Origin: Gemmatimonadota bacterium
GTDB taxonomy: Bacteria > Gemmatimonadota > Gemmatimonadetes > Gemmatimonadales > GWC2-71-9
Reading direction: 5' to 3'
DNA: 64,000 bases
NCBI GenBank assembly: GCA_003221895.1
Contig: QHUJ01000111.1
Location: forward strand, 2,836 to 66,835
In this document: positions 19,532-29,167 of the stretch, piece after piece
Layout of the letters: each line of letters opens with the position of its first letter
Numbering within the stretch: the stretch's first letter is position 1
Notes under the pieces: generated by a model
What the model saw: the letters and a program-made list of their open reading frames with translations, nothing else
Database searches by the model: none
What the model was told of the DNA's origin: nothing
Position numbers and translations under genes: made by a program

Positions 19532-20728
19532 ATGACGAGCTGGCTTGCCGACTGGACGAATCTGTTGCTGCGCTGGACGCACTTCATCGCCGGCATCGCC
19601 TGGATCGGCAGCTCTTTCTATTTCATCTGGCTGGATCGCGCGCTCGCGGCGCCCGCGGCACCGCGAGCGGGCGTCGAGGGCGATCTCTGGATGGTGCACA
19701 GCGGCGGCTTCTATCAGGTCGAGAAGCGCCGCCCCGGCCCTGGCGAGGTTCCGGCCGTGCTGCACTGGTTCAAGTGGGAAGCGATGTTCACCTGGATCAC
19801 CGGCATCTCGCTGCTCGTGCTCGTTTACTACCTGAGCGGCGCGTACCTCCTCGACCCTAGCGTCTCGCGTATCAGCCGCAGCACCGCCATTGCCTTGGGG
19901 CTAGGACTCCTCGTCGTGGGCTGGTTGGTCTACGACGGACTCTGGTCGTCGCGACTCGCCACGCGCCCCCCCCCCCGCCTCGCGACGACGATTTCACTCA
20001 TACTGCTCGCCGGGGTCTCGTACGCGCTCTGCCAGCTGCTGTCAGGGCGGGCGGCCTTCATGCATATCGGCTCCCTGCTCGGCACGATCATGGTGGCGAA
20101 CGTCTGGATGCGGATTTTGCCGGCGCAGCGCGAGATGCTCGCGGCGACACGGGGCGGTCGTCCCGCCGACTTCACCCTGGGCGAGCACGCCAAACAGCGC
20201 TCCGTGCACAACAGCTACATGACGTTCCCGCTGCTGTTCATCATGCTGTCGAATCACTATCCGGCGACCTACGCGGGCCCGCGCAACTGGCTCGTGCTGC
20301 TCTTCCTCTTTATTGCCGGAGCGGCGGTGCGTCACGCGATGATCGGGCGAGGAGCATCGACCCGCTGGGCGCTCGTGCCGGCGGCACTGGCACTCGCGGG
20401 CGCAATGTTTCTCTCCGCACCTAAGAGAGCGGCCACGGCCCAGACGCGCGCGACGGCCGACACCGTGCCGTCGTTCGCCGCCGTGCGATCCGTCGTTTCG
20501 CAACGGTGCCAGCCCTGCCACTCGCAATATCAGAGCGATCGCACGTTCGGGCCCGCGCCTGGCGGCGTCACGTTCGACACCCCCGAGAGCATCGTGCGGT
20601 TTGCCGAGCGGATCCGCGTGCGGGCCGTCGAAACGAAAACCATGCCACTCGCGAACAAGACCGGCATGACCGACCAGGAGCGCGAATTGCTCGCGCGCTG
20701 GATTGTGGCCGGCGCGCCACTCCAGTGA
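19532..20728 (+). CDS. puuD: Membrane urate hydroxylase PuuD with C-terminal cytochrome c
   Basis: RWTHFIAGIAWIGSSFYF, WMVHSGGFY, LHWFKWEA, RSVHNSY, MLSNHY; CQPCH heme motif and MPLAN. Confidence 0.88.
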   Translation: MTSWLADWTNLLLRWTHFIAGIAWIGSSFYFIWLDRALAAPAAPRAGVEGDLWMVHSGGFYQVEKRRPGPGEVPAVLHWFKWEAMFTWITGISLLVLVYYLSGAYLLDPSVSRISRSTAIALGLGLLVVGWLVYDGLWSSRLATRPPPRLATTISLILLAGVSYALCQLLSGRAAFMHIGSLLGTIMVANVWMRILPAQREMLAATRGGRPADFTLGEHAKQRSVHNSYMTFPLLFIMLSNHYPATYAGPRNWLVLLFLFIAGAAVRHAMIGRGASTRWALVPAALALAGAMFLSAPKRAATAQTRATADTVPSFAAVRSVVSQRCQPCHSQYQSDRTFGPAPGGVTFDTPESIVRFAERIRVRAVETKTMPLANKTGMTDQERELLARWIVAGAPLQ

Positions 20729-20729
20729 C

Positions 20730-22319
20730 CTACGGTTTACTGAGGTCGGCGGTCGGCAAGAACCGAGGCGGCTTCCTTGGCCTCGCGGCGTGTTCATACG
20801 CGTAGGCGAGGCGCAAGAGCGTAGCCTCGCTGTTCGCTTTCCCGATGAACGACATCCCCACCGGTAAGCCGTACGAATACCCGACCGGCACAGCGACAGT
20901 CGGATATCCGGCGACCGCCCCCGGCGTCGAGCTCGCCCCCAGGAAGTGATCGCCGTTCACGAGATCTGTCGGCCACGGCGGGCTGCCCGTCGGCGCGACG
21001 ATCGCGTCGAGCGTGTTTTGGGCAAACACGACATCGAGCCCTTCCGTGCGTGACAGCCGCTGGTCCTTCGCCAGGGCGTCCTTATAGGCCTGGTCGGTGA
21101 GTGGTCCTTTCTCCTGCGCCTGCAGGAACAGCTCCTGTCCGAAGTAGGGCATCTCGGTGGACTTGTGCGCGTCGTTGAATACGATCACATCGGCCAGCGA
21201 CTTCACGCCGGCATTGGGTGCCCAGGCCGCGAGGTACGTCGCGAGGTCGGCCTTCAATTCGTAGAGCAGCACGATCAGCTCGGAATCGTCATACTCGCCG
21301 AGGTGCGGGATGTCCGCCGGGTCCACGATCACCGCCCCCTGCTGCCTCAGCACGGCGATCGCCGCCTCCACCAGCGCATCGGCCTCGGGGCTGTATCCGA
21401 AGACTTTCTTGCGCGCGACGCCGATGCGCGCGCCCTTCAAGCCGTTCGCGTCGAGACTCACGCTGTAATCGCGTCCCGCGAGGACGCCGAGCAGGGCGGT
21501 CGCGTCGGCGACGGTGCGGGCCATCGGGCCGGTCGTGTCCTGGCTGTGCGAGATCGGAATGATGCCCGCGCCGTCGATGAGCCCCAGCGTCGGCTTCACG
21601 CCGACGAGCGAGCAGGCGCTGGACGGACACACGATCGAGCCGTCCGTCTCCGTGCCGATCCCGACCGCGGCGAAGTTCGCCGAGATGGCGGCGCCTGTGC
21701 CCGAGCTCGAGCCGCACGGGTTACGATCGAGCGCGTACGGGTTGGCGCACTGGCCGCCACGCCCGCTCCAGCCGCTCGACGACTGGGTCGAGCGGATGTT
21801 CGCCCACTCGGAGAGATTCGTCTTGCCGAGGATGACCGCGCCCGCGGCGCGGAGCTTCGCCACGAGCGGCGCATCCCGGGGCGGCGTCGCACCCACCAGG
21901 GCCAGCGAGCCCGCCGTGGTCATCATCTTGTCCGTGGTGGCGATGTTGTCCTTCACGAGTACGGGGATGCCGTGCAGCGGCCCGCGCACGCGGCCGGACT
22001 TCCGCTCGGCGTCGAGGCGCTCTGCCGCCGCGAGCGCGTCGGGATTCGTTTCGAGGACGGCATGCAGCTTCGGGTCGAGCTCGGCGATGCGCCCGAGATA
22101 GGCCGCGCAGATGGAGCGCGAGGTCCGCGCGCCGCTGCGCATCGCGTCCTGCAGTTGCGCGATCGTCGCCTCCTCGAGATCGAAGTCGGCCTCGCCCCCG
22201 TTCCCCCTCTCCACTCTGTGGAGAGCGGGCCAGGGGGAGACGGCATGACGTCCAACAAGAGCGCCAACTGTTGAGCCACCGTATAGAAGGAAAGACCGCC
22301 GACTCAGACTGTCCGTCAT
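20730..22319 (-). CDS. Tat-exported amidase-signature enzyme
   Basis: SRRSFL Tat motif; LHGIPVLVKDN, GKTNLSEWAN, GSSSG, GTETDGSI. Confidence 0.93.
   Translation of the reverse strand: MTDSLSRRSFLLYGGSTVGALVGRHAVSPWPALHRVERGNGGEADFDLEEATIAQLQDAMRSGARTSRSICAAYLGRIAELDPKLHAVLETNPDALAAAERLDAERKSGRVRGPLHGIPVLVKDNIATTDKMMTTAGSLALVGATPPRDAPLVAKLRAAGAVILGKTNLSEWANIRSTQSSSGWSGRGGQCANPYALDRNPCGSSSGTGAAISANFAAVGIGTETDGSIVCPSSACSLVGVKPTLGLIDGAGIIPISHSQDTTGPMARTVADATALLGVLAGRDYSVSLDANGLKGARIGVARKKVFGYSPEADALVEAAIAVLRQQGAVIVDPADIPHLGEYDDSELIVLLYELKADLATYLAAWAPNAGVKSLADVIVFNDAHKSTEMPYFGQELFLQAQEKGPLTDQAYKDALAKDQRLSRTEGLDVVFAQNTLDAIVAPTGSPPWPTDLVNGDHFLGASSTPGAVAGYPTVAVPVGYSYGLPVGMSFIGKANSEATLLRLAYAYEHAARPRKPPRFLPTADLSKP
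22190..22243. repeat. REP-like palindrome inserted in frame in the amidase gene
   Basis: CCTCGCCCCCGTTCCCCCTCTCCAC-TCT-GTGGAGAGCGGGCCAGGGGGAGACGG; perfect CTCTCCAC/GTGGAGAG core. Confidence 0.6.
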
Positions 22320-22468
22320 GAAGGGCTCCGGTGTGGGTCACCTAGTGTGAATCCGTGAGGCAGAGGGCGCTAGATCGCGTGATTCCCAGCACGGTTGCAG
22401 GGCGAGACTTGCGGTAATGTGTCCCACATGAATCTTGTGGCATCCTGCCGAGGAGACGCGCCCTGAGC

Positions 22469-24157
22469 TTGCTGCGATTTTCCCGCCTGTCCAGCATCCG
22501 TGCCAAGATGCTGATGTTCGCGGTCGTCGCGACGCTGCTGCCGTCGCTGACGACCGTGTGGATTTCCTACGTCGAAAACAAGCGGGCGCTCACCGGGAAA
22601 GCCTCCGAGGAGCTGTTGGGCGTGAGCGCGCAGGCGGTGCGCGAAGCCGACCTCTGGACCAAGGAGCTGCGCTACGATCTGCGTGTCTTCTCGAGCTCCT
22701 ACGAGGTGACCGAGAACCTCGAGCGCCTGCCGCTGGTGAACGGCGAGCCGGTCCAGACGGGGATTTATCACCAGCGGTTGACGGATTATCTGAATTCGGT
22801 GCGCGAGAAGTTTCGCGACTACACCGAGCTGCTCGTGCTCGATCCGCACGGGCATGTCCTGGCATCCAGCGCCGCCCGGCGCCGGGCCGTGGCCCTCCCC
22901 GAGGACTGGGCCAGTGACCTGCGCAGCAGCGGCTGGACGCAAAGCGCGCCGTACTGGGATTCCAGCGCGGCGCAATCAGCCATCCTCGTCGCCGTGCCGA
23001 TTCAAACCGGCGGCGGCAGTGGCCGCACCGGCGTCAGAGGGGGCCGGGGTGCCGGTGTGGTGGGCGGCGGCCGGGTGCTGGGCGCGCTCGCGGCGCGGGT
23101 CAATATGCGCATCGTCGCCGATATGCTGCGCCGCTTTGCGCCAGGGGACTCGGGCCAGATCTACCTCATGACGCGGGACGGCAACCTGCTCCTCAGCTCG
23201 CGCGGCAACTCGGCCGCGTTGATGCAGCAGCGCTACAAACCCGAGTCCACCCGCTGGCTGCTCACCCGGATGGATCGCGCCGTGCAGTTCACGAGCTTTA
23301 CGGACGACCGCGTCGTCGGCACCGCGCGCGTCGTCCCGGCGCTCGACTGGATCGTGGTGGCCGAGATTCCCTCGGCCGAAGCGTTCCGCCAGGTGACGCG
23401 GCTGCGCAACGTGACGCTCGGGGTCGTCACCCTGCTGCTCGCCGTCGTCGGTGCGCTCGCGTACCTGCTCAGCCTCCTCATCGTGCGACCGCTCAATCGC
23501 CTCACGCGGGCGGCGGGTCGCGTAGCGGGCGGCGACCTGGACGTCGGCCTGCCGGTGACCGGCGGCGGTGAGGTCGGCTACCTGACGCAGGTTTTCAATC
23601 ACATGGTTGTGCGCCTGCGCGAGAGCCGCGTCGAGCTGGAGCGCCTCTCGGTCACGGATCCGCTGACCGGGCTGTACAACCGGCTGCGCATGATGGAAGT
23701 GCTGGAGAACGAGGTGCGCCGCTCACGCCGGCTCCGCCACCCCTTTGCCGTGCTCATGGCGGATCTCGATCACTTCAAGCAGTACAACGACGCGCACGGG
23801 CACCCCGCCGGCGATGCCGTGCTCAAGCGCATCGGCGCGATCATGCGGGAAGCGAGTCGCGATGTGGACTTCGTCGCGCGCTACGGCGGCGAAGAGTTCC
23901 TGTTGATGATGCCCGAGACGGAGACCGAGGGCGCGAGTGAAGTGGCGCAGCGCCTTCGCCGGAAGATCGAGAATGAAAAGCTGACGGAAGGATCGATCAC
24001 CGTCAGTATCGGCGTCTCCGTCTTTCCCGGGAACGGCGATGGCGCTGAGGCGCTCATCGCCGCGGCCGACGCCGCGCTGTACGAGGCGAAGCGCGCAGGC
24101 GGCAACTGCGTGATCGTCGCGCGGCAGCAACCCGTGTCCGCACCGAAGGCGCCCTAG
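22469..24157 (+). CDS. Membrane diguanylate cyclase (Cache-like, HAMP, GGDEF)
   Basis: Two TM segments, HAMP, DPLTGLYN, DLDHFK.YND.HGH, RDVD I-site, GGEEF; start codon uncertain. Confidence 0.92.
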   Translation: MLRFSRLSSIRAKMLMFAVVATLLPSLTTVWISYVENKRALTGKASEELLGVSAQAVREADLWTKELRYDLRVFSSSYEVTENLERLPLVNGEPVQTGIYHQRLTDYLNSVREKFRDYTELLVLDPHGHVLASSAARRRAVALPEDWASDLRSSGWTQSAPYWDSSAAQSAILVAVPIQTGGGSGRTGVRGGRGAGVVGGGRVLGALAARVNMRIVADMLRRFAPGDSGQIYLMTRDGNLLLSSRGNSAALMQQRYKPESTRWLLTRMDRAVQFTSFTDDRVVGTARVVPALDWIVVAEIPSAEAFRQVTRLRNVTLGVVTLLLAVVGALAYLLSLLIVRPLNRLTRAAGRVAGGDLDVGLPVTGGGEVGYLTQVFNHMVVRLRESRVELERLSVTDPLTGLYNRLRMMEVLENEVRRSRRLRHPFAVLMADLDHFKQYNDAHGHPAGDAVLKRIGAIMREASRDVDFVARYGGEEFLLMMPETETEGASEVAQRLRRKIENEKLTEGSITVSIGVSVFPGNGDGAEALIAAADAALYEAKRAGGNCVIVARQQPVSAPKAP

Positions 24158-24879
24158 CGACTCCGCCCGATCAGGTTCTGGTGTATCCAGCCGGCCCTGT
24201 TCGTCTGATCGTTGACACGCACCCACTGATCGACGTACGAGTACGCCGTGAGCTCGGCGCCCGCATCGAGTGTGTACGACACGCGGAAATTCGAGCCCGG
24301 ACCTTCGCGCACATTGGCGCGCCCCGTCGTTTGGAGCCGCAGCGGCAGCGCGAACGGCACCTCGCCGGCGCGTGGCTTGACGCGGTCATCGCTCGATAGC
24401 CGTCCCTGCCCCGCCGCGGCGGCGTTCTTGGCTTCGTTCGCGAGATACAGCGCGCCGCCGTAATTCTGCCGATCGAATTCGACGGTCGAGAGCTGCAGCA
24501 GTTGGGTCCCCTGGTTCAGCTCCGGCGGCGCCGTTGCACTCCCCCCCCCGCCGCCCCCGGTACCGGTGCGCAGCGCCTGCAACGCGATCTCTGCCTCCGC
24601 CATTCCGGACGCGGCCTCCGCGCGGGTGGCGAGCGATTGCAGCTTCGCCATCGCGCGCACGACTTCGCGCCGCGCGTCGTCGAGCCGAGTCTGCAGCTCC
24701 TCGACCTGCGCCCCCTGCTCCAGAACTTTTAGCTCGAGACGCGCGGCGCGGGATTCGAGCGCCGTATCGCGCGCCACGCGGGACGTGTCACGGGTCGTCC
24801 GGACGGGCGTTGCAGTTCCAGGATGGGCGTTGCGACACGCAGCGCCCAGGAGCGCAGCCACAATAAGGAAGGGGCGCAT
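24154..24879 (-). CDS. Lipoprotein with coiled coil and C-terminal SH3b domain
   Basis: LGAAC lipobox; ANVREGPG....WVRV....GWI. Confidence 0.8.
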   Translation of the reverse strand: MRPFLIVAALLGAACRNAHPGTATPVRTTRDTSRVARDTALESRAARLELKVLEQGAQVEELQTRLDDARREVVRAMAKLQSLATRAEAASGMAEAEIALQALRTGTGGGGGGSATAPPELNQGTQLLQLSTVEFDRQNYGGALYLANEAKNAAAAGQGRLSSDDRVKPRAGEVPFALPLRLQTTGRANVREGPGSNFRVSYTLDAGAELTAYSYVDQWVRVNDQTNRAGWIHQNLIGRSR

Positions 24880-25076
24880 GGGCGACTAAGTTGCAACGCG
24901 ACATCAATTCTTACAACCAGTTGACTTCGCTCCGCCCTGTGGTAATGCTTCGGGCGAGCGACCGGGCCACGGCACGGTGCCGTGTGCTGGACACCAGTGG
25001 ACTGATCCGAGGACCTGGGCTATCGCCTGCGGTCCTCGCTTCGTTTCTGGTTAGAGCTCTCACCCTGGAAGGGTCC

Positions 25077-25250
25077 ATGGAAGTGACGCTGAACGAGACC
25101 GACCGATTGGAAGTCGTGCTGAAGCGATTCCGTCGCGACGTCACCAAAGCGGGGCTGTTTCAGGACATGAAGCGGAAACGCTTTTACGAGAGTCCCGCCG
25201 TTCAACGGCGGCGCAAGAGCAAGGCTGCTCGCCGCCGGAAACGCATCTAG
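25077..25250 (+). CDS. rpsU: 30S ribosomal protein bS21
   Basis: MEVTLNETDRLEVVLKRFRR....GLFQDMKRKRFYESPA..RRRK. Confidence 0.88.
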   Translation: MEVTLNETDRLEVVLKRFRRDVTKAGLFQDMKRKRFYESPAVQRRRKSKAARRRKRI

Positions 25251-25268
25251 CTAGGGAGTAACGAACAG

Positions 25269-25478
25269 ATGGCACGTATCACCGGTACCGTGAAGTGGTT
25301 CAATGACGCAAAGGGCTTTGGGTTCATCACGCCCGAGAACGGCGGCAAGGACTGCTTCGTGCATCACACCGCGATTCAGGGGGAAGGGTTCAAGTCGCTG
25401 ACCGAAGGCCAGCGCGTCGAGTTCGAGATCGTGCAGGCCCAGAAAGGCCCCGCGGCCCAGAACGTCGTGAAGCTGTAA
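25269..25478 (+). CDS. Cold-shock protein (CspA family)
   Basis: [15 protein letters not shown] (RNP1), CFVH (RNP2), KGPAAQNV; GGAG RBS. Confidence 0.97.
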   Translation: MARITGTVKWFNDAKGFGFITPENGGKDCFVHHTAIQGEGFKSLTEGQRVEFEIVQAQKGPAAQNVVKL

Positions 25479-25493
25479 CCGCTCACGGCACCT

Positions 25494-25533
25494 GAAGCGA
25501 CACGGCGCTCCGCAAGAGCGCCGTTTCGCTTTT
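25494..25533 (+). terminator. Intrinsic terminator of rpsU-csp
   Basis: ACGGCGCTC-CGCAA-GAGCGCCGT stem followed by TTCGCTTTT. Confidence 0.8.
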
Positions 25534-25579
25534 CGGGAGCCCGGGATGGCGTTCGCAGGGTTAGACGCTAGTTTTATCC

Positions 25580-25647
25580 TCTCATCCCAAAGGATGAGAC
25601 GGGAACCTTCTCGGCAGGTTTGACTAATACCGGTGAATTTTTACACT
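25580..25647 (+). promoter_or_regulatory. Palindromic site and promoter upstream of the NarL regulator
   Basis: TCTCATCC-CAAA-GGATGAGA (25580-25599); TTGACT (25620-25625), 16-nt spacer, TACACT (25642-25647). Confidence 0.55.
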
Positions 25648-25694
25648 ACTCCACCCAGCCGTACACCTCGTCTCGAACGAGGGCGGTCAGCCCC

Positions 25695-26381
25695 ATGACC
25701 ACGAAAAGAATTCACATCCTGGTAATCGAGGACAACCGCCTGCTCCGCGATGGCCTCGCGGCGCTCCTCGACTCACAAACCGAGTTCAAGGTCGTCGCGT
25801 CCGCTGAGGGGGCCTCCGCCGCGCTGCAGCGGCTGCAGGAACACAAGCCGAACGTCGTGCTGGTTGATGCCGCACTCGGCCGTAACCGCAGCCAGCGCCT
25901 CGTTGAAAACATCAAGGAAGTCGCCCCTCATGCCCGCATCATCATGATGGACATGCTGCCCGAAGAAGAAGACGTCATCGACTTCATCAAGCGTGGCGCC
26001 AATGGCTTCATCGCCAAGGATGCGGCGCTGGAGGACCTGACCAACACGATCCGACAGGTGGCGAATGGCGGCGACGTCGTCCCGCCGGCACTCACCGGCA
26101 CCCTGCTCTCCCATATCGCCAAGCAGGCCTCGGTGCTGCGCAATACGCCGATGATGGCGTCCGTGCGCATGACCAAACGGGAGCAGCAGATCACCGATTT
26201 GATCGCGGAAGGATTGAGCAACAAGGAAATCGCGCAGCGGCTCAACATCGCAACGTACACGGTGAAGAGCCACGTCCATAACATCCTGGAAAAACTGGCG
26301 CTGCACAGCCGGCTGCAGATTGCAGCGCATGCGCACAAGAAGACGCCGCCCAAAGGCGACCGGCGCAAGTTCGTCCGCTAG
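25695..26381 (+). CDS. NarL/LuxR-family response regulator
   Basis: IEDN, VLVD receiver residues; MTKRE...GLSNKEIA..L...TVKSHVHNILEKL HTH. Confidence 0.92.
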   Translation: MTTKRIHILVIEDNRLLRDGLAALLDSQTEFKVVASAEGASAALQRLQEHKPNVVLVDAALGRNRSQRLVENIKEVAPHARIIMMDMLPEEEDVIDFIKRGANGFIAKDAALEDLTNTIRQVANGGDVVPPALTGTLLSHIAKQASVLRNTPMMASVRMTKREQQITDLIAEGLSNKEIAQRLNIATYTVKSHVHNILEKLALHSRLQIAAHAHKKTPPKGDRRKFVR

Positions 26382-26448
26382 AACGAGTCCCGCCGCTGTA
26401 ACCCGTGAATCGGCCTTGCGGCAAATCCAGAAAACGGCTGGAGGACAA

Positions 26449-27894
26449 ATGAAACGGCTCGCGTTAGGCGGCGGACTTGCGTTGCTGCTCGCGATCGCGT
26501 GCGTGCGGAATCCCGCGACTGGCAAGAACGAGCTGATGCTGGTCAGCGAGAGCCAGGAAATCCAGATGGGCGCGCAGTACGACAGCGAAGTCGTCACGTC
26601 GATCGGCCTCTACCCCGACCCCGCGCTCCAAAGCTACGTCGCAGACCTCGGCAAGAAACTCGCGGCGACGTCCGAGCGGCCCAACCTGCCATGGACCTTC
26701 CGCGTCGTCGATGACCCCAGCGTGAATGCGTTCGCGATTCCGGGCGGGCACGTGTATGTGACGCGCGGCATTCTCGCGCATATCTCGAACGAAGCCGAGC
26801 TCGCGACCGTGATGGGGCACGAAATCGGCCACGTGACGGCGCGACACACCGCACACGAGATGTCGAAGCAGGAGCTCGCGCAGCTGGGCCTCGCCGTCGG
26901 CAGCATTGCCAGCGCGCAGGTCGCGCAGTATGCCGGCCTCGCCGGCCAGGCGCTCCAGGTCCTGTTCCTCAAGTTCTCACGTGACGACGAGACCCAGGCC
27001 GACGCACTCGGCGTCCGCTACTCGAGCCGCGCGAACTACGACTCGCGTCAGATGATCAACGTGATGCAGATGCTCGACCAGCTCGAATCCCAAAGCGGCG
27101 GCAAACTGCCCGAGTGGCTGGCCACGCATCCGAACCCGGGCAATCGCATCGAGCACATCAATTCCGTGCTGGCGCAAACCAAAACGGATTTCGGTAACGC
27201 CACGGTCAACACCCAGGGCTACGAGCGGCGGCTCGATGGCATGATCTTCGGCATGAATCCGCGCGAGGGCTTCTTCAAGGGCACCGAGTTTTATCATCCC
27301 GATCTCAAGTTCCACATGTCGTTCCCGAGCGACTGGCAGACGGCGAACAGCAAGCAGTCGGTCGCGGCACAGAGCCCGAAGCAGGAGGCGGTCATCGAGC
27401 TGACGCTCGCCGAGGGCTCCAGCAACGCCGAGCAAGCGGCGCGGTCATTCCTGTCGCGCCAGGGAGTGCAGGCGGGCTCGCCGACCCGCGACAACGTCAA
27501 CGGTCTTCCCGCGTCGACCGCGCCATTCGCGGCCGCGACCCAGAACGGCACCGTGCGGGGCCAGGCCCTCTTTGTCGAGTACGGCAACACCGTGTATCGC
27601 CTTCTCGGGTACGGCCCCGAACCGACGTGGTCCAATCACCAGGCCGTGGTGCAACGCTCGCTGACCAGTTTCGGACCGCTGAACGATCCGTCGATCCTCA
27701 ACGTGCAGCCGCAGCACCTCAGCCTCTTTACGCTGGACCGGCGCACCACCATCACCGAACTCGCACGGCAGCGCCCCTCGCCCGTTCCCATGGCGACGCT
27801 CGCCCTGATCAATCAGGTCAGTGAAAACGAAATGCTCGAGCCCGGGCGGATCGTGAAGTGGGTGGTCGGTCAACGGCTGCCCGCGACTCCCTAG
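26449..27894 (+). CDS. M48 (BepA/YfgC-like) metalloprotease lipoprotein
   Basis: LAIAC lipobox, NPATG, NAFAIPGG, HEIGH, ETQAD, THP; GGAGG RBS. Confidence 0.9.
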   Translation: MKRLALGGGLALLLAIACVRNPATGKNELMLVSESQEIQMGAQYDSEVVTSIGLYPDPALQSYVADLGKKLAATSERPNLPWTFRVVDDPSVNAFAIPGGHVYVTRGILAHISNEAELATVMGHEIGHVTARHTAHEMSKQELAQLGLAVGSIASAQVAQYAGLAGQALQVLFLKFSRDDETQADALGVRYSSRANYDSRQMINVMQMLDQLESQSGGKLPEWLATHPNPGNRIEHINSVLAQTKTDFGNATVNTQGYERRLDGMIFGMNPREGFFKGTEFYHPDLKFHMSFPSDWQTANSKQSVAAQSPKQEAVIELTLAEGSSNAEQAARSFLSRQGVQAGSPTRDNVNGLPASTAPFAAATQNGTVRGQALFVEYGNTVYRLLGYGPEPTWSNHQAVVQRSLTSFGPLNDPSILNVQPQHLSLFTLDRRTTITELARQRPSPVPMATLALINQVSENEMLEPGRIVKWVVGQRLPATP

Positions 27895-27943
27895 GAGCGG
27901 AAACGACATCGATATTTGATCGGACGGAGATGGGGAGGATGCA

Positions 27944-29167
27944 GTGAAGCGGAGGAGCGGTAAAAAGCCGGCTGCGACAGCCGGCGCCGACGAGCAGCGC
28001 TTCCTCTCGAATCTCGGCGAGGTCCTGGCCTCGGCGTTGGACGAGCGGGCGATGCTGTCGGCTATCGCGCGCCTCGTGGTGCCGCGGCTGGGCGACGTGT
28101 GCCTCCTGGACATCATCGACGATGACGGCTCGGTGCGGCGCCTCGACAATACCCTCGCAGACTGGCACTTCGCGCCGACTCCCGGCCTGCGGGCGGGCGA
28201 CTCGGTGCTGATTCCCGATCTCACGCCGTCGTCGCTGGCCGCTATCACGACCGATCCCGCGGGTCAGGCAGCGATTCGCGGGGCAGGCATCCGCTCGCTC
28301 GTGCTGCTGCCGCTCATCGGGCGCGGCCGATTGCTGGGCGTGCTCACGCTGGGGATGACGCGCCCCGACCGGTCTTTCGGGAAGCGCGACCTCCCGTTGC
28401 TCGAGGACATCGCCCAGCGTACGGCCCTGGGGGCCGATAACGCGCGCCTGTACCAGCAGGCGCGCCAGGCAAGCCGCGCGCGCGACGATACCCTCGCGGC
28501 GATCTCGCACGACCTCCGCAACGGCCTCAACACGGTCCTCACGGCGGTCGGCCTGCTGCTCCGGAGCCTGCCCCCCGACGATGCGGGGCGGCGCGACCGG
28601 CGCCACGTCGAAGCGATCCGCCGCTCGGCGCAGCGGATGAACCGGCTGATCAGCGACATGCTCGATGTGGCGAGCATCGAATCGGGCAGCCTGTTCGTCG
28701 AGCCCCGGCGGGAGCCGGTCGGGCCCATCATTCACGACGCGCTGGCCGCCTGCCGCGAGCAGGCACGCGAGAAGGCCCTGCAGTTCGATGCGGACCCATC
28801 TAATGAGATCGATGTCGTGTGCGATCGCGAGCGCGTGCTGCAGGTGCTCGGCAATCTCCTCGGCAACGCCATCAAGTTCACGCCGGAGGGCGGATCGGTG
28901 CAGGTGAAAGTCCAGCAGCTCGACGACGAGGGGCTGTTCACGGTGCGCGACAGCGGCATTGGGGTGTCGGCCAAGCAGTTGCCGCACGTGTTCGACCGCT
29001 TCTGGCAGGCGACGCCGAAGGCGCGCCTGGGCAGCGGACTGGGCCTGACGATTGCGAAGGGAGTGGTGGAAGCGCTGGGCGGGCGGATCTGGGTCGAAAG
29101 CCGGCCCGGCGAAGGCACGACGTTTTTCTTTACGCTGCCGCTAGCCTCGTCGGTTCAGACGCAGTAG
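27944..29167 (+). CDS. Cytoplasmic GAF sensor histidine kinase
   Basis: GAF ending DNARLY; SHDLRN H-box, [21 protein letters not shown]. Confidence 0.92.
   Translation: MKRRSGKKPAATAGADEQRFLSNLGEVLASALDERAMLSAIARLVVPRLGDVCLLDIIDDDGSVRRLDNTLADWHFAPTPGLRAGDSVLIPDLTPSSLAAITTDPAGQAAIRGAGIRSLVLLPLIGRGRLLGVLTLGMTRPDRSFGKRDLPLLEDIAQRTALGADNARLYQQARQASRARDDTLAAISHDLRNGLNTVLTAVGLLLRSLPPDDAGRRDRRHVEAIRRSAQRMNRLISDMLDVASIESGSLFVEPRREPVGPIIHDALAACREQAREKALQFDADPSNEIDVVCDRERVLQVLGNLLGNAIKFTPEGGSVQVKVQQLDDEGLFTVRDSGIGVSAKQLPHVFDRFWQATPKARLGSGLGLTIAKGVVEALGGRIWVESRPGEGTTFFFTLPLASSVQTQ

Noticed and set aside
23005-23075. Gly-rich insertion in the cyclase sensor domain
   Set aside because: In frame and low complexity with no clear palindrome; cannot be told apart from a variable loop without an alignment
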